From: an uncultured Pseudomonadota bacterium
GTDB lineage: Bacteria > Pseudomonadota > Gammaproteobacteria > Competibacterales > Competibacteraceae
Assembly (NCBI GenBank): GCA_963731125.1
Contig: CAVSVP010000023.1
Coordinates: forward strand, 199,550-231,549
Direction of reading: 5' to 3'
Length of the DNA: 32,000 nt
Shown here: piece by piece, positions 21,570 through 30,682 of the stretch
Layout of the letters: each line of letters starts with the position of its first letter
How positions within the stretch are numbered: position 1 is the stretch's first letter
Made by a program: the position numbers and the translations under genes
The notes under the pieces: model-generated
What the model was told of the DNA's origin: nothing
Seen by the model: the letters and a program-made list of their open reading frames with translations, nothing else
Databases searched by the model: none

Positions 21570-21738
21570 TTCCCCCTCACCCCAACCCTCTCCCACCAGG
21601 GGAGAGGGAGTTAAAAGCGTAACGTTCTCCCACCAGGGGAGAGGGAGTTAAAAGCGTAACGTTCTCCCACCAGGGGAGAGGGAGTTAAAAGCGTAACGCA
21701 AAACGATTGATTCCTCTTCTCCCCTTCAAGGGGAGAGT
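21570..21738. repeat. REP-like GC-rich hairpin array: 45-mer unit + 3 x 37-bp perfect tandem repeat + one further hairpin
   Basis: The 45-mer TTCCCCCTCACCCCAACCCTCTCCCACCAGGGGAGAGGGAGTTAA (21570-21614) is identical to 27140-27184. The unit CTCCCACCAGGGGAGAGGGAGTTAAAAGCGTAACGTT repeats with period 37 at 21590, 21627 and 21664, and the copies are identical through 21698. Each unit contains a CCCTCTCCC-accag-GGGAGAGGG-type stem-loop. A further hairpin, TCTCCCC-ttcaa-GGGGAGA, lies at 21716-21738. Confidence 0.85.
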
Positions 21739-21751
21739 AATGAGGGATGGT

Positions 21752-21857
21752 TATCGAACTGGAAGTTGTTATCAATACCGTCTGTGGCATGGATGCCGCA
21801 GTCGAGCTTACCGGGATGTATTGACAGCGTGGCTTGCAAATAACTTTCAGATCGATA
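21752..21857. repeat. 106-bp MITE-like palindromic element, copy 2 (inverted relative to copy 1)
   Basis: TATCGAACTGGAAG...CTTTCAGATCGATA. It has the same length as copy 1 and matches the reverse complement of 15726-15831 at 93 of 106 positions. Confidence 0.6.
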
Positions 21858-21990
21858 AGTGGTTGATCTATCCCCAATGACCAAAGTCCAGTTTAGCAAT
21901 TGTCTTGCGTTGAAGAAATTATGTAGTGCAGCGCAACATTATTGGCCATATTATTCATAGGGTCAAGTTAAGTCGCTCTACACTTTAAAT

Positions 21991-22458
21991 TCAACGCATA
22001 AAGGCTTCAATGACTTCCGCTGGGGCCTGGATTAATTCAATCAGGACCCCTTCTCCGCCGATGGGAGCGGACTCATTCCCTTTGGGATGGATAAAGCAAA
22101 CGTCATAACCGGCGGCTCCCTTACGGATACCACCGGGAGTAAAGCGCACGCCATTGGCGTCAAGCCATTCCACGGCGGCGTGTAAGTCATCAATCCAGAG
22201 ACCGATGTGATTCAGGGGCGGGTCCTGGACCTTGGGTTTTTTTTCTGGGTCGATGGGTTGCATGAGATCCACTTCGACTTTTAACGGACCTGACCCAATG
22301 GCGGCGATGTCTTCATCGACATTTTCTTTTTCGCTCTGAAAGTTACCGCTGACGGTAAGGCCCAGGGTATCGACCCAGAGTTTTCGTAGCCTGCTTTTAT
22401 CGAGGCCTCCGACGGCGATTTGTTGTACGCCTAGGACTTTGAAAGGTCTGTCGCTCAC
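21991..22458 (-). CDS. mce: VOC/glyoxalase-fold protein, probable methylmalonyl-CoA epimerase
   Basis: 155 aa with a GTG start and TAGGAG SD. VOC-fold pattern (LGVQQIAV..., [30 protein letters not shown]...GVLIELIQ). The epimerase assignment is based on context: it lies upstream of mmdADCB and divergent from mutAB. Confidence 0.65.
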   Translation of the reverse strand: MSDRPFKVLGVQQIAVGGLDKSRLRKLWVDTLGLTVSGNFQSEKENVDEDIAAIGSGPLKVEVDLMQPIDPEKKPKVQDPPLNHIGLWIDDLHAAVEWLDANGVRFTPGGIRKGAAGYDVCFIHPKGNESAPIGGEGVLIELIQAPAEVIEAFMR

Positions 22459-22575
22459 GGCAAACTCCTATTCTCATTCTCAAATTGCGTAACGAACTGT
22501 TGCAAGTATGTCACGGTATGGGCTGATTAGGAAGCCGAGCTACGGCGGTAAAAGCCCGAAAAGTTAGATATACTA

Positions 22576-22588
22576 GCTGCAATGCAGC
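22576..22588. promoter_or_regulatory. Perfect 13-bp palindrome GCTGCAATGCAGC in the mce/mutA divergent region (candidate operator)
   Basis: Read directly from the sequence. Near-copies lie at 30613-30625 (GCTGCAATGCGAC), 30670-30682 (GCTGCGATGCAGT) and 30350-30362 (GCTGCAGTTGCGT). Confidence 0.3.
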
Positions 22589-22771
22589 ACCCGCACGGGA
22601 GTGCTGGCAGATGGCGTAAAACCTGCCGATAGCAGTGTTACCCTTAAGCTAAACGGTTGTATTATTTGCCCTGCCGCCCAGGGATGTGGCCCTAGGCAAA
22701 CGTGTTTCGGAGAATAGCATCCGAACTTGGTTAGGAAGGATGCCTATCGTAAACGAATCCGAGGACTAGGT

Positions 22772-24931
22772 ATGTCAAAAGAATCCAATTCGACACAACC
22801 CGATGTTGGGGAGGTGGGTCCCCTGTTTCAGCAATTTTCGGTTCCTTCCTATGAAGACTGGCGGAAAACCATTGAGAAGGCGCTGAAAGGGGCGCCCTTT
22901 ACAAAAAAACTGGTCACCCCGACTTACGAAACCATTGATCTTCAGCCCCTGTATCGGCTGGAGGATATTGCAAACCTTCCACATCTGAACTCTTTTCCCG
23001 GTTTCGCGCCTTATGTGCGGGGCGCCGATTCGCTGGATAATCTCAGCCAATGCTGGGACATCAGCCAGGAATTACCTTACAGCACTCCCGAGGTTTTTAA
23101 TGAGGCCCTGCGCTTTGATTTGGAGCGCGGTCAGAGTGCCGTCAATCTGGTGCTGGATGAGGCCACTTTGGCAGGTCAGGACGCCGATGAGGCTGCCCCC
23201 GAAGCCGTGGGACGCGGCGGTGTTTCTATCTCCTGTGTAGGGGATCTCGATAAGGCGCTCAACGGGGTGGACGTAGAAAAGATGCCGCTGTTTATTCAGG
23301 CGGGTGCGGCAGCATTACCCTTCGCTGCGCTGCTGATGGCGCTGCTGCGCCGGCAGGGGAAAGCGCCGGCCAAGCTGCAAGGCTGCCTTGCCGCGGATCC
23401 CCTGGGTACTCTGGCGCGTACCGGCACTCTGCCGCATCCCCTCGGCGAAGTCTATGACCGTATGGCGAGGCTGACTGCCTGGACCGCAACCCATGCGCCG
23501 CAGCTACAGACGATCGCCGTGCGGGGACAGCCCTATCACGACGGGGGCGGCAGCGCCGTCCAGGAACTGGTCTTTGCCCTGGCCACGGGGGTGGAATACC
23601 TGCGGGAAATGCAAGCCCGGGATCTGGCCATTGATCAGGTGGCACCCCGCATCTGTTTCGGTTTTTCCCTCGGCTCGCACTTTTTTATGGAAATTGCGAA
23701 ACTGCGGGCCGCCCGGTTACTCTGGGCCAAGATCGTCAAGGCCTTTGGCGGCGCTGAAGACGCCCAACGCATGACGATTCATGCCCGCACCTCGGCCTGG
23801 AACAAGACGGTGTATGATCCTTACGTGAATATGCTGCGCGCCACCGTCGAAGCCTTTGCCGGCGTTGTGGGAGGCTGCCAAAGCCTGCATGTGGCTCCCT
23901 TTGATGCCGTGGCGCGTACGCCCGATGAGTTTTCCCGTCGCATTGCCCGCAATACGCAGCTGATTCTGCGGGAGGAGTGCCAGCTGCCCCGCACGGTGGA
24001 CCCCGCTGGCGGTTCTTGGTTTGTGGAAACGCTGACCGATGCCGTCGCCAGAAAGAGCTGGAGTCTCTTTCAAGACGTGGAGAAGCAGGGGGGCATGGAG
24101 CAAGCCCTGCAGGCCGGCACGCCCCAGGCTCAAGTGGCGGAAGTGGCCGCGCAGCGCGCTACCAATCTTGCGCGCCGGAAAGATGTCTTTGTGGGCACCA
24201 ATCGCTATGCTAACTTGACCGAAAAACCCTTGGATGTGCCCGAGGTAGATGTGCGGTCCCGACAGCGGGAGCGGGCAGCGCAGTTAGCGCAATATCAGAA
24301 GGCTGCCGATGCCGCAGGTTGCCGGCAAGCCCTGGACAAGCTGACCCAGGACGGTGCAGAGCTGCTGGAAGCGGCGATTGCCGCGGCCGGCAGTGGCGCC
24401 ACGCTGGGCGATATTACCCGCGCTCTGGCGCGCGGTGAGGCGGCAGGCCCTACGCTAAAACCTATCTGCGTGCATCGCGGAGCGCAGCCCTTTGAAGCGC
24501 TGCGCCAGGCGACGGATGCCTATGCCGCGCGCACCGGTGCGCGCCCGCAGGTATTTCTGGCCGGCATGGGGCCGCTTTCCCAACACAAAGCCCGTTCCGA
24601 CTTCGCCCGGGGTTTTCTGGAAGTGGGCGGCTTTGCGGTCAGCGGCGGCGAGGGATTTGCCGGCATTGACGAAGCCTTCAAGGCAGCCTTGGCGGCCGAG
24701 ACCGCAGTGGTGGTGATCTGTTCCACGGATGCCGCTTATCCGGATATGGTGCCTGCCCTCACGCAGCAGCTGAAAGCCGCCAAACCGGAAATGACGGTAT
24801 TGGTGGCCGGTTATCCGGCGGATCAGGTAGAAGCTTTCCGGCGTGCCGGCGTGGACGACTTTATCTATCTGGGTGCCAATTGTTACGAGATCTTGCGTAA
24901 TCTGCAGAACACGATGGGGGTCTTATCATGA
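22772..24931 (+). CDS. mutA: Methylmalonyl-CoA mutase small (beta, non-catalytic) subunit
   Basis: Track ORF 22727..24931. I prefer the ATG at 22772, which has GAGGA upstream. It is mutase-like throughout, but the C-terminal B12-domain position reads [12 protein letters not shown] instead of the DxHxxG cobalamin ligand motif. Its stop overlaps the mutB start (ATGA). Confidence 0.85.
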   Translation: MSKESNSTQPDVGEVGPLFQQFSVPSYEDWRKTIEKALKGAPFTKKLVTPTYETIDLQPLYRLEDIANLPHLNSFPGFAPYVRGADSLDNLSQCWDISQELPYSTPEVFNEALRFDLERGQSAVNLVLDEATLAGQDADEAAPEAVGRGGVSISCVGDLDKALNGVDVEKMPLFIQAGAAALPFAALLMALLRRQGKAPAKLQGCLAADPLGTLARTGTLPHPLGEVYDRMARLTAWTATHAPQLQTIAVRGQPYHDGGGSAVQELVFALATGVEYLREMQARDLAIDQVAPRICFGFSLGSHFFMEIAKLRAARLLWAKIVKAFGGAEDAQRMTIHARTSAWNKTVYDPYVNMLRATVEAFAGVVGGCQSLHVAPFDAVARTPDEFSRRIARNTQLILREECQLPRTVDPAGGSWFVETLTDAVARKSWSLFQDVEKQGGMEQALQAGTPQAQVAEVAAQRATNLARRKDVFVGTNRYANLTEKPLDVPEVDVRSRQRERAAQLAQYQKAADAAGCRQALDKLTQDGAELLEAAIAAAGSGATLGDITRALARGEAAGPTLKPICVHRGAQPFEALRQATDAYAARTGARPQVFLAGMGPLSQHKARSDFARGFLEVGGFAVSGGEGFAGIDEAFKAALAAETAVVVICSTDAAYPDMVPALTQQLKAAKPEMTVLVAGYPADQVEAFRRAGVDDFIYLGANCYEILRNLQNTMGVLS

Positions 24932-27108
24932 GCCAGACACCGGACTTCACCACCATGGATTATGCTCCGGAATTTGCCGTGTCCAGCTATGAACAGTGGT
25001 GTAAGGCGGCGGAGTCGGCTGCGGGAAAGCCTCTGGAAGAGCTGCTCTCGAAAACCATGGAGCTGATCGATATTAAGCCGCTCTATACCTGGGAGGATAG
25101 CAAGGATCTGGAACATTTGGGCTTTGTCGCGGGTATTCCGCCGTTTCTGCGGGGGCCCTATTCCGCCATGTACGTGACGCGGCCGTGGACCGTGCGCCAG
25201 TACGCCGGTTTCTCCACCGCCGAGGACAGCAATGCCTTTTATCGCCGTAACCTGGCTGCCGGTCAGATGGGGCTTTCCATTGCCTTCGATCTGGCTACGC
25301 ACCGGGGCTATGATTCGGATCATCCCCGGGTGGTGGGTGATGTCGGTAAGGCCGGTGTGGCCATCGATTCCATCCTGGATATGAAAATCCTGTTCGACGG
25401 TATTCCGTTGGACAAGATGTCCGTGTCCATGACGATGAACGGTGCCGTGTTACCAGTGATGGCTTTTTACATCGTGGCCGCCGAGGAACAGGGCGTACCC
25501 CATGAGCAACTGACCGGCACCATTCAGAACGATATTCTTAAAGAGTATATGGTGCGCAATACCTATATTTATCCGCCGGAACCCTCGATGCGCATCATCG
25601 GTGATATTTTTGCCTACACCGCCAAAGAAATGCCCAAGTTCAACAGCATCAGCATTTCCGGTTATCACATGCAAGAGGCGGGGGCTACCGCCGATCTGGA
25701 ACTGGGCTATACCCTGGCGGATGGTCTCGAATATGTCCGCACCGGTGTGCGGGCCGGCATGGACATCGACGCCTTCGCGCCGCGCCTGTCTTTTTTCTGG
25801 GCCATCGGCATGAATTATTTTATGGAAGTGGCCAAGATGCGCGCCGGGCGCCTGCTATGGGCTAAGATTATCAAGGATTTTCAGCCCGAAAAAGAAAAAT
25901 CCATGGCCTTGCGTACCCATTGTCAGACCTCCGGCTGGAGTTTAACGGAGCAGGACCCCTTTAACAATGTGACGCGGACCTGTCTTGAGGCCATGGCTGC
26001 CGCCCTGGGCCATACCCAATCTCTGCATACCAACGCCCTGGACGAGGCCATTGCCTTGCCTACGGATTTCTCGGCCCGCATTGCCCGCAATACTCAGCTT
26101 TACCTGCAGGACGAAACCGCCATTTGCAAAGTGATCGATCCCTGGGGCGGCTCCTATTTTGTGGAGGCCCTGACCGATGCTTTGGTGAAACGGGCCTGGG
26201 CGCATATTCAGGAGGTCGAGAACTTGGGAGGTATGGCCAAAGCCATCGAAACCGGACTTCCCAAGATGCGTATCGAGGAGGCTGCGGCCCGGCGCCAGGC
26301 CCATATCGATTCCGCTAAAGAGACCATTGTCGGGATCAATAAATACCGTCTGCTGAAAGAGGAGCCTCTGGAGATTCTGGATATCGACAATACTGCCGTG
26401 CGCGAGTCGCAACTACGGCGCTTAGCTAAACTCAAGGAAGAGCGCGACGAGGCCAAGGCACAGGCGGCGCTCAATGCCCTTACCCGCTGCGCCGAAACGG
26501 GCGAGGGGAATCTCCTTGCCAAGGCCGTTGATGCCGCGCGGGCCCGGGCCAGCCTGGGCGAAATTTCCCAGGCCATGGAACAGGTATTTGGCCGGCATAA
26601 AGCCGTTATTCGTTCTATTTCCGGCATCTACAGCAGCGAATTCGGGGAGGAAAAAGAAGTGGAAATCGTGCGTCAGATGGCTGATGAGTTTGCACTGCGG
26701 GAAGGCCGGCGGCCACGCATTCTGGTGGCTAAGATGGGACAGGACGGACACGACCGGGGTGCCAAGGTGATCGCTACGGCGTTTGCCGACCTGGGGTTTG
26801 ATGTGGATATCGGCGCGTTGTTTCAGACTCCCGAAGAAGTCGCCCGCCAGGCGGTGGAAAGCGATGTCCATGTGATCGGGGTCAGTTCTCTGGCGGCCGG
26901 CCATAAGACCCTGGTGCCGCAGTTGCTGGCGGAACTCAAAAAAATGGGACGTGAAGACATTATGATCGTAGTGGGCGGTGTCATACCGGCTCAGGATTAC
27001 GGCTTTCTCAAGGCCAATGGGGCCGCCGCCATTTTCGGGCCGGGCACGGTGATTCCTGTGGCGGCCCAGAAGGTCTTGGAAGAACTCAACCAGCGTCTGG
27101 CTGCCTAG
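24928..27108 (+). CDS. mutB: Methylmalonyl-CoA mutase large (alpha, catalytic) subunit
   Basis: 726 aa. [59 protein letters not shown] is the mutase signature. The C-terminal [13 protein letters not shown] contains the DxHxxG B12-binding motif. Confidence 0.95.
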   Translation: MSQTPDFTTMDYAPEFAVSSYEQWCKAAESAAGKPLEELLSKTMELIDIKPLYTWEDSKDLEHLGFVAGIPPFLRGPYSAMYVTRPWTVRQYAGFSTAEDSNAFYRRNLAAGQMGLSIAFDLATHRGYDSDHPRVVGDVGKAGVAIDSILDMKILFDGIPLDKMSVSMTMNGAVLPVMAFYIVAAEEQGVPHEQLTGTIQNDILKEYMVRNTYIYPPEPSMRIIGDIFAYTAKEMPKFNSISISGYHMQEAGATADLELGYTLADGLEYVRTGVRAGMDIDAFAPRLSFFWAIGMNYFMEVAKMRAGRLLWAKIIKDFQPEKEKSMALRTHCQTSGWSLTEQDPFNNVTRTCLEAMAAALGHTQSLHTNALDEAIALPTDFSARIARNTQLYLQDETAICKVIDPWGGSYFVEALTDALVKRAWAHIQEVENLGGMAKAIETGLPKMRIEEAAARRQAHIDSAKETIVGINKYRLLKEEPLEILDIDNTAVRESQLRRLAKLKEERDEAKAQAALNALTRCAETGEGNLLAKAVDAARARASLGEISQAMEQVFGRHKAVIRSISGIYSSEFGEEKEVEIVRQMADEFALREGRRPRILVAKMGQDGHDRGAKVIATAFADLGFDVDIGALFQTPEEVARQAVESDVHVIGVSSLAAGHKTLVPQLLAELKKMGREDIMIVVGGVIPAQDYGFLKANGAAAIFGPGTVIPVAAQKVLEELNQRLAA

Positions 27109-27139
27109 GCGGGAACCTTTTATTGTTCCTCTTGGCGAA

Positions 27140-27300
27140 TTCCCCCTCACCCCAACCCTCTCCCACCAGGGGAGAGGGAGTTAAGTCTTTGAATTAAAAT
27201 ATTTATTTCCCCTCCTCTTGAAAGGAATAGGGAGTTAAGCGATTGATGCTAAAAGATTTATTCCCTCGCCCCTTGAAGGGGTGAGGGTGAGGGTGAGGGG
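27140..27300. repeat. REP-like GC-rich hairpin array (three units) between mutB and meaB
   Basis: Unit 1 is the exact 45-mer also found at 21570-21614. Unit 2 is TTTCCCCTCCTCTTGAAAGGAATAGGGAGTTAAG. Unit 3 is TTCCCTCGCCCCTTGAAGGGGTGAGGGTGAGGGTGAGGGG. The units are linked by GATGCTAAAAGATTTA-type spacers. Confidence 0.8.
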
Positions 27301-27369
27301 TCTTTGAAGTATTTGATTTGTAAACAATGGCCAAGATCCAGCTTAGCACAAGACAACCGGATATTGCTC

Positions 27370-28500
27370 ATGTCTCAAAAAAACCATAGACCCGACTGGA
27401 CACCCGGGGATGCCGGTGCTGAATTTACCACCCAGGTAACAGCAGGCGTGGCGGGTGGTCACGATGGCATGCCCAGCCAGACCGATAAGGCGACGTCCGC
27501 ACCGACCATGCCCCGGCGGCGCCGTCTGACGGTGGAGGAGTACGTCCAGGGCGTGCTGGAAGGAAATCGCAACGTGCTGGCTCAGGCCATTACCCTGGTG
27601 GAGAGCAATGCGCCGGCCCATCTGGAGATGGCTCAGGAAGTTCTGCGCCAGCTGCTGCCGCACACCGGCAATTCCATTCGCATCGGGATTACGGGGGTGC
27701 CTGGCGTGGGCAAAAGCACGTTTATCGAGGTCCTGGGAATGTTTCTGTGTGAGCAGGATCATCGGGTGGCGGTACTGGCAGTGGATCCTAGCAGCACCGT
27801 GACCCGGGGTAGCATCCTGGGGGATAAGACCCGGATGGAAAAGCTATCCCAAGATCTCAGGGCGTTCATTCGGCCTTCGCCTTCCGGCGGCACCCTAGGC
27901 GGCGTGACCCGGAAGAGCCGGGAAACCATGCTGGTCTGCGAGGCCTTCGGTTTCGATGTCATTCTGGTGGAGACGGTGGGGGTCGGGCAGAGCGAAACCA
28001 CGGTGCGCTCCATGGTGGATTTCTTTCTGCTATTAATGCTGACCGGGGCGGGTGACGAACTGCAGGGGATCAAAAAAGGTATTATGGAGTTGGCCGATGC
28101 ACTGTTAATTAACAAGGCCGATGGTGAAAATAAACTCCGTGCCAAAGCGGCGAAGACGGACTACAACCGGGCTTTGCACTATTTGGCTCCCGCCACGGAA
28201 GGCTGGCGTACCCGGGCCTACACCTGTTCTGCACTCAGCGGCGAGGGTATCAAGGAGATCTGGGAGGTGATTGAGGAATTCCGCCGCCAGACCACGGCCT
28301 CTGGGGTTTTTGAAAAACGCCGCCAGAGTCAGATTTTGGATTGGGTGTATGCCATGGTTGAGGAACATCTGCGCAAGAGTTTCTTCGCTCATGGTGGAGT
28401 AAAAGATATCCGTGCCGAGGTGGAACACGCGGTAGTGGAAGGGCATATACCGCCCACCGTAGCGGCCCAGGAATTAATCAAAAAATACGAGGGGAGTTAA
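27370..28500 (+). CDS. meaB: Methylmalonyl-CoA mutase-associated G3E GTPase MeaB/ArgK
   Basis: Track ORF 27304..28500, whose first 22 codons overlap the repeat region. GITGVPGVGKST P-loop, VLAVDPSS, ETVGVGQSE, INKADG. The start is ambiguous: ATG at 27370, or internal Mets at codons 56 and 69 of the track ORF. The last would give a typical length of about 330 aa. Confidence 0.88.
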   Translation: MSQKNHRPDWTPGDAGAEFTTQVTAGVAGGHDGMPSQTDKATSAPTMPRRRRLTVEEYVQGVLEGNRNVLAQAITLVESNAPAHLEMAQEVLRQLLPHTGNSIRIGITGVPGVGKSTFIEVLGMFLCEQDHRVAVLAVDPSSTVTRGSILGDKTRMEKLSQDLRAFIRPSPSGGTLGGVTRKSRETMLVCEAFGFDVILVETVGVGQSETTVRSMVDFFLLLMLTGAGDELQGIKKGIMELADALLINKADGENKLRAKAAKTDYNRALHYLAPATEGWRTRAYTCSALSGEGIKEIWEVIEEFRRQTTASGVFEKRRQSQILDWVYAMVEEHLRKSFFAHGGVKDIRAEVEHAVVEGHIPPTVAAQELIKKYEGS

Positions 28501-28526
28501 GGGGGGTGATGCTAAAAGATGTTTAC
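28491..28526. repeat. Partial REP-family spacer module overlapping the meaB stop codon
   Basis: GGGGAGTTAAGGGGGGTGATGCTAAAAGATGTTTA parallels GGGAGTTAAGCGATTGATGCTAAAAGATTTA at 27230-27260. The TAA of the GAGTTAA motif is the meaB stop (28498-28500). Confidence 0.5.
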
Positions 28527-28550
28527 CTTTGCATTCTTTAGGGGAAATTG

Positions 28551-30329
28551 ATGCTCGCTAAACCTAAATCAGACGTGTTTCATTTTATCCTGATTAAACC
28601 GTCTCATTACGACGACGACGGCTATGTTATTCAGTGGGTACGTTCGTATATTCCCTCGAACACGCTGGCAACACTCTATGGCTTGGCGTTGGACTGTGCC
28701 GAACGTCGCGTGCTTGGCGGCGAGGTGGCCATCGCGTTGAGCGCTTACGATGAAACCAATACCCGCATTAAGGTTGGGAACATCGTCAAGAAGATACGCC
28801 AATCCGGTGGCCGGGGACTGGTCGGGCTGGTTGGCGTGCAAACCAATCAATTTCCACGGGCCATGGATATCGCCCGCCGGTTTCGAGCTGCGGGCATACC
28901 CGTTTGTATCGGGGGCTTTCACGTCAGCGGCTGTCTGGCCATGCTGCCGGAAATGCCGGCGGATCTGCAGGAAGCGCTGGATCTGGGTATTACCTTGTTT
29001 GCCGGCGAGGCGGAAGGCCGTCTGGAAGTTTTGTTGCAGGATGCTTATCGCCGCGAGATGAAACCGCTATACCATTATATGAACGAGTTGCCCGGGCTGG
29101 CGGGCGCTCCGGTGCCCTACCTGCCGGCCAGCCGGATCAAAAAAACCGCCGGTACCCGAACCAGCTTCGATGCCGGACGAGGCTGCCCGTTCCTGTGCAG
29201 CTTCTGCACCATTATCAACGTCCAGGGACGCCAGTCCCGCTATCGCAGCGCCGACGACGTGGAACGGATTGTGCGCACCAATATGGCTCAAGGGATCAAT
29301 AGCTTTTTTATCAGCGACGACAACTTTGCCCGCAATCGCGACTGGGAACGGCTCTTCGACCGGTTGATTTATCTACGCGAGATGGAAGGCCTGGTAGCGA
29401 AATTTATTATCCAGGTGGACACCATGTGCCATAAGATTCCGGGGTTTATCGAAAAAGCCGGCCGTGCGGGTGTGAACCGGGTGTTTATCGGGCTGGAAAA
29501 TATCAATCCCCAGGCGCTGAACGCGGCGCGCAAAGGCCAGAACCGTATCACCGAATACCGGGCGATGCTGCAAGCCTGGCATAACGTCGGGGTGACCACC
29601 TACGCCGGTTATATTCTCGGGTTTCCGGACGATACGCCGGAAACCATTGTCCGCGATATCGAGATCATTCAGCGTGAACTGCCTATCGATCTGCTGGAAT
29701 TTTTCATTCTGACTCCCTTGCCCGGCTCGGCGGATCACAAGAAGCTTTATGAGCAAGGGGTCGCGATGGATCCGGACATGAATCACTATGATCTCGAGCA
29801 TGTCACTACCGCCCACCCCAAAATGACCAAAGCAGCGTGGCAGTCTGCCTACCGACTGGCCTGGGACAGTTACTATACGCCGGCCCATGTAGAAACTTTA
29901 ATTCGCCGGGCCAGGGTGCGTGGTGTTCAGCCCCGCCGGATGATGAAAAAGCTGCTGACTTTTTACGGTTTCAACAAATACGAGCAGTTACACCCCCTGG
30001 AAGGCGGGTTCTTCCGGCGCAAGTATCGCCGCGATCGGCGCTCCGGGATGCCGCTGGAAAATCCGCTGGTTTTTTATGCTCGTTACGGGTGGGAAATCCT
30101 GAACAAATACACCCGTTTCCTGGGGATGGTGTGGCGTTATCACCGCATTTGCCGCCGCGTCGAAAAAGAGACATGTACCTACGAAGATCTTGCGTTAATC
30201 CCGGTGCAAGCGGATGAAATGGACACGCTGCATCTCTTTACGGCGACGGCCGCCGCTAGAGCGGTGGTCGATAAGTCGCGCCAGCGGCAAACCGTGCGCA
30301 GGAACGTGGTGGCGCCGGCCGCTGAGTAA
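28551..30329 (+). CDS. B12-binding-domain radical SAM protein (class B rSAM), function unknown
   Basis: The track ORF starts at TTG 28548. The ATG at 28551 has AGGGGA 6 nt upstream. The N-terminus has a Rossmann-like B12-binding region (VGLVGVQTNQFPRAMDIARRFRAAGIPVCIGGFHVSG). The CPFLCSFC (CxxxCxxC) cluster is encoded at 29184-29207. Confidence 0.85.
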   Translation: MLAKPKSDVFHFILIKPSHYDDDGYVIQWVRSYIPSNTLATLYGLALDCAERRVLGGEVAIALSAYDETNTRIKVGNIVKKIRQSGGRGLVGLVGVQTNQFPRAMDIARRFRAAGIPVCIGGFHVSGCLAMLPEMPADLQEALDLGITLFAGEAEGRLEVLLQDAYRREMKPLYHYMNELPGLAGAPVPYLPASRIKKTAGTRTSFDAGRGCPFLCSFCTIINVQGRQSRYRSADDVERIVRTNMAQGINSFFISDDNFARNRDWERLFDRLIYLREMEGLVAKFIIQVDTMCHKIPGFIEKAGRAGVNRVFIGLENINPQALNAARKGQNRITEYRAMLQAWHNVGVTTYAGYILGFPDDTPETIVRDIEIIQRELPIDLLEFFILTPLPGSADHKKLYEQGVAMDPDMNHYDLEHVTTAHPKMTKAAWQSAYRLAWDSYYTPAHVETLIRRARVRGVQPRRMMKKLLTFYGFNKYEQLHPLEGGFFRRKYRRDRRSGMPLENPLVFYARYGWEILNKYTRFLGMVWRYHRICRRVEKETCTYEDLALIPVQADEMDTLHLFTATAAARAVVDKSRQRQTVRRNVVAPAAE

Positions 30330-30368
30330 AATTTAAAAAGATTTTATCTGCTGCAGTTGCGTAAGAAC

Positions 30369-30393
30369 TGACCGGGATCGGTGATCCCGGTCA
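30369..30393 (+). terminator. Perfect 11-bp hairpin after the radical SAM gene (possible terminator, no U-tract)
   Basis: TGACCGGGATC-ggt-GATCCCGGTCA, 40 nt after the stop codon. It lacks a downstream T-run, so intrinsic termination is uncertain. Confidence 0.4.
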
Positions 30394-30605
30394 CGTCGGC
30401 TTACCTGAGCTGGCAAGCCGGGGCATCAGCGCTTTTTCAGGATTTTATTCGGAAATGGGTTCGACAGCCGCATCGCTTACCAAATTATTTGATATGCGTC
30501 AATCGTTCTAAAATTTAATCTTGCACCCCCAATCGGGTTGGCTTGATAATTGGTAATAATAAAGTTATCACATTATTTTCGTGAATTTAACTTCCGTTAA
30601 TAAAT

Positions 30606-30635
30606 TTGACATGCTGCAATGCGACATGTTAAAAA
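30606..30635 (+). promoter_or_regulatory. Candidate sigma70 promoter upstream of the acyl-CoA dehydrogenase (TTGACA-17/18 nt-TTAAAA/TAAAAA)
   Basis: Perfect -35 TTGACA at 30606-30611. The spacer contains the GCTGCAATGCGAC motif, flanked by a direct repeat GACATG...GACATG. A second, perfect TATAAT lies at 30716-30721. These are sequence matches only. Confidence 0.3.
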
Positions 30636-30682
30636 ACAATAATCCCATAATAACGCTAAGGTTCGATCTGCTGCGATGCAGT
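30613..30682. promoter_or_regulatory. Two near-copies of the GCTGCrATGCrGy palindrome motif (candidate operators)
   Basis: GCTGCAATGCGAC (30613-30625) and GCTGCGATGCAGT (30670-30682), each matching the perfect palindrome at 22576-22588 at 11 of 13 positions. Confidence 0.3.

Noticed and set aside
21256-21651. 131-aa + strand ORF ending in ...PSPQPSPTRGEGVKSVTFSHQGRGS across the repeat array. The minus-strand ORF 21611..21877 was considered too.
   Set aside because: The translation is produced by reading through the antisense of mmdA and then the REP hairpins. This is a typical spurious repeat-encoded peptide.
21590-21698. Possible CRISPR array, given the regularly spaced 37-bp palindromic repeats.
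   Set aside because: The units are directly tandem with no unique spacers between them. There are only about three copies and no cas genes. The same hairpin occurs as a dispersed REP-like unit at 27140.
22459-22771. Cobalamin riboswitch upstream of the B12-dependent mutase (the region contains ...AACCTGCC..., reminiscent of the end of the B12 box).
   Set aside because: - The full B12-box consensus and the surrounding conserved helices are not recognisable.
- Only a 5-bp GGCAG/CTGCC stem is present.
- B12 riboswitches normally control B12 synthesis and transport genes or B12-independent isozymes, not mutase genes.
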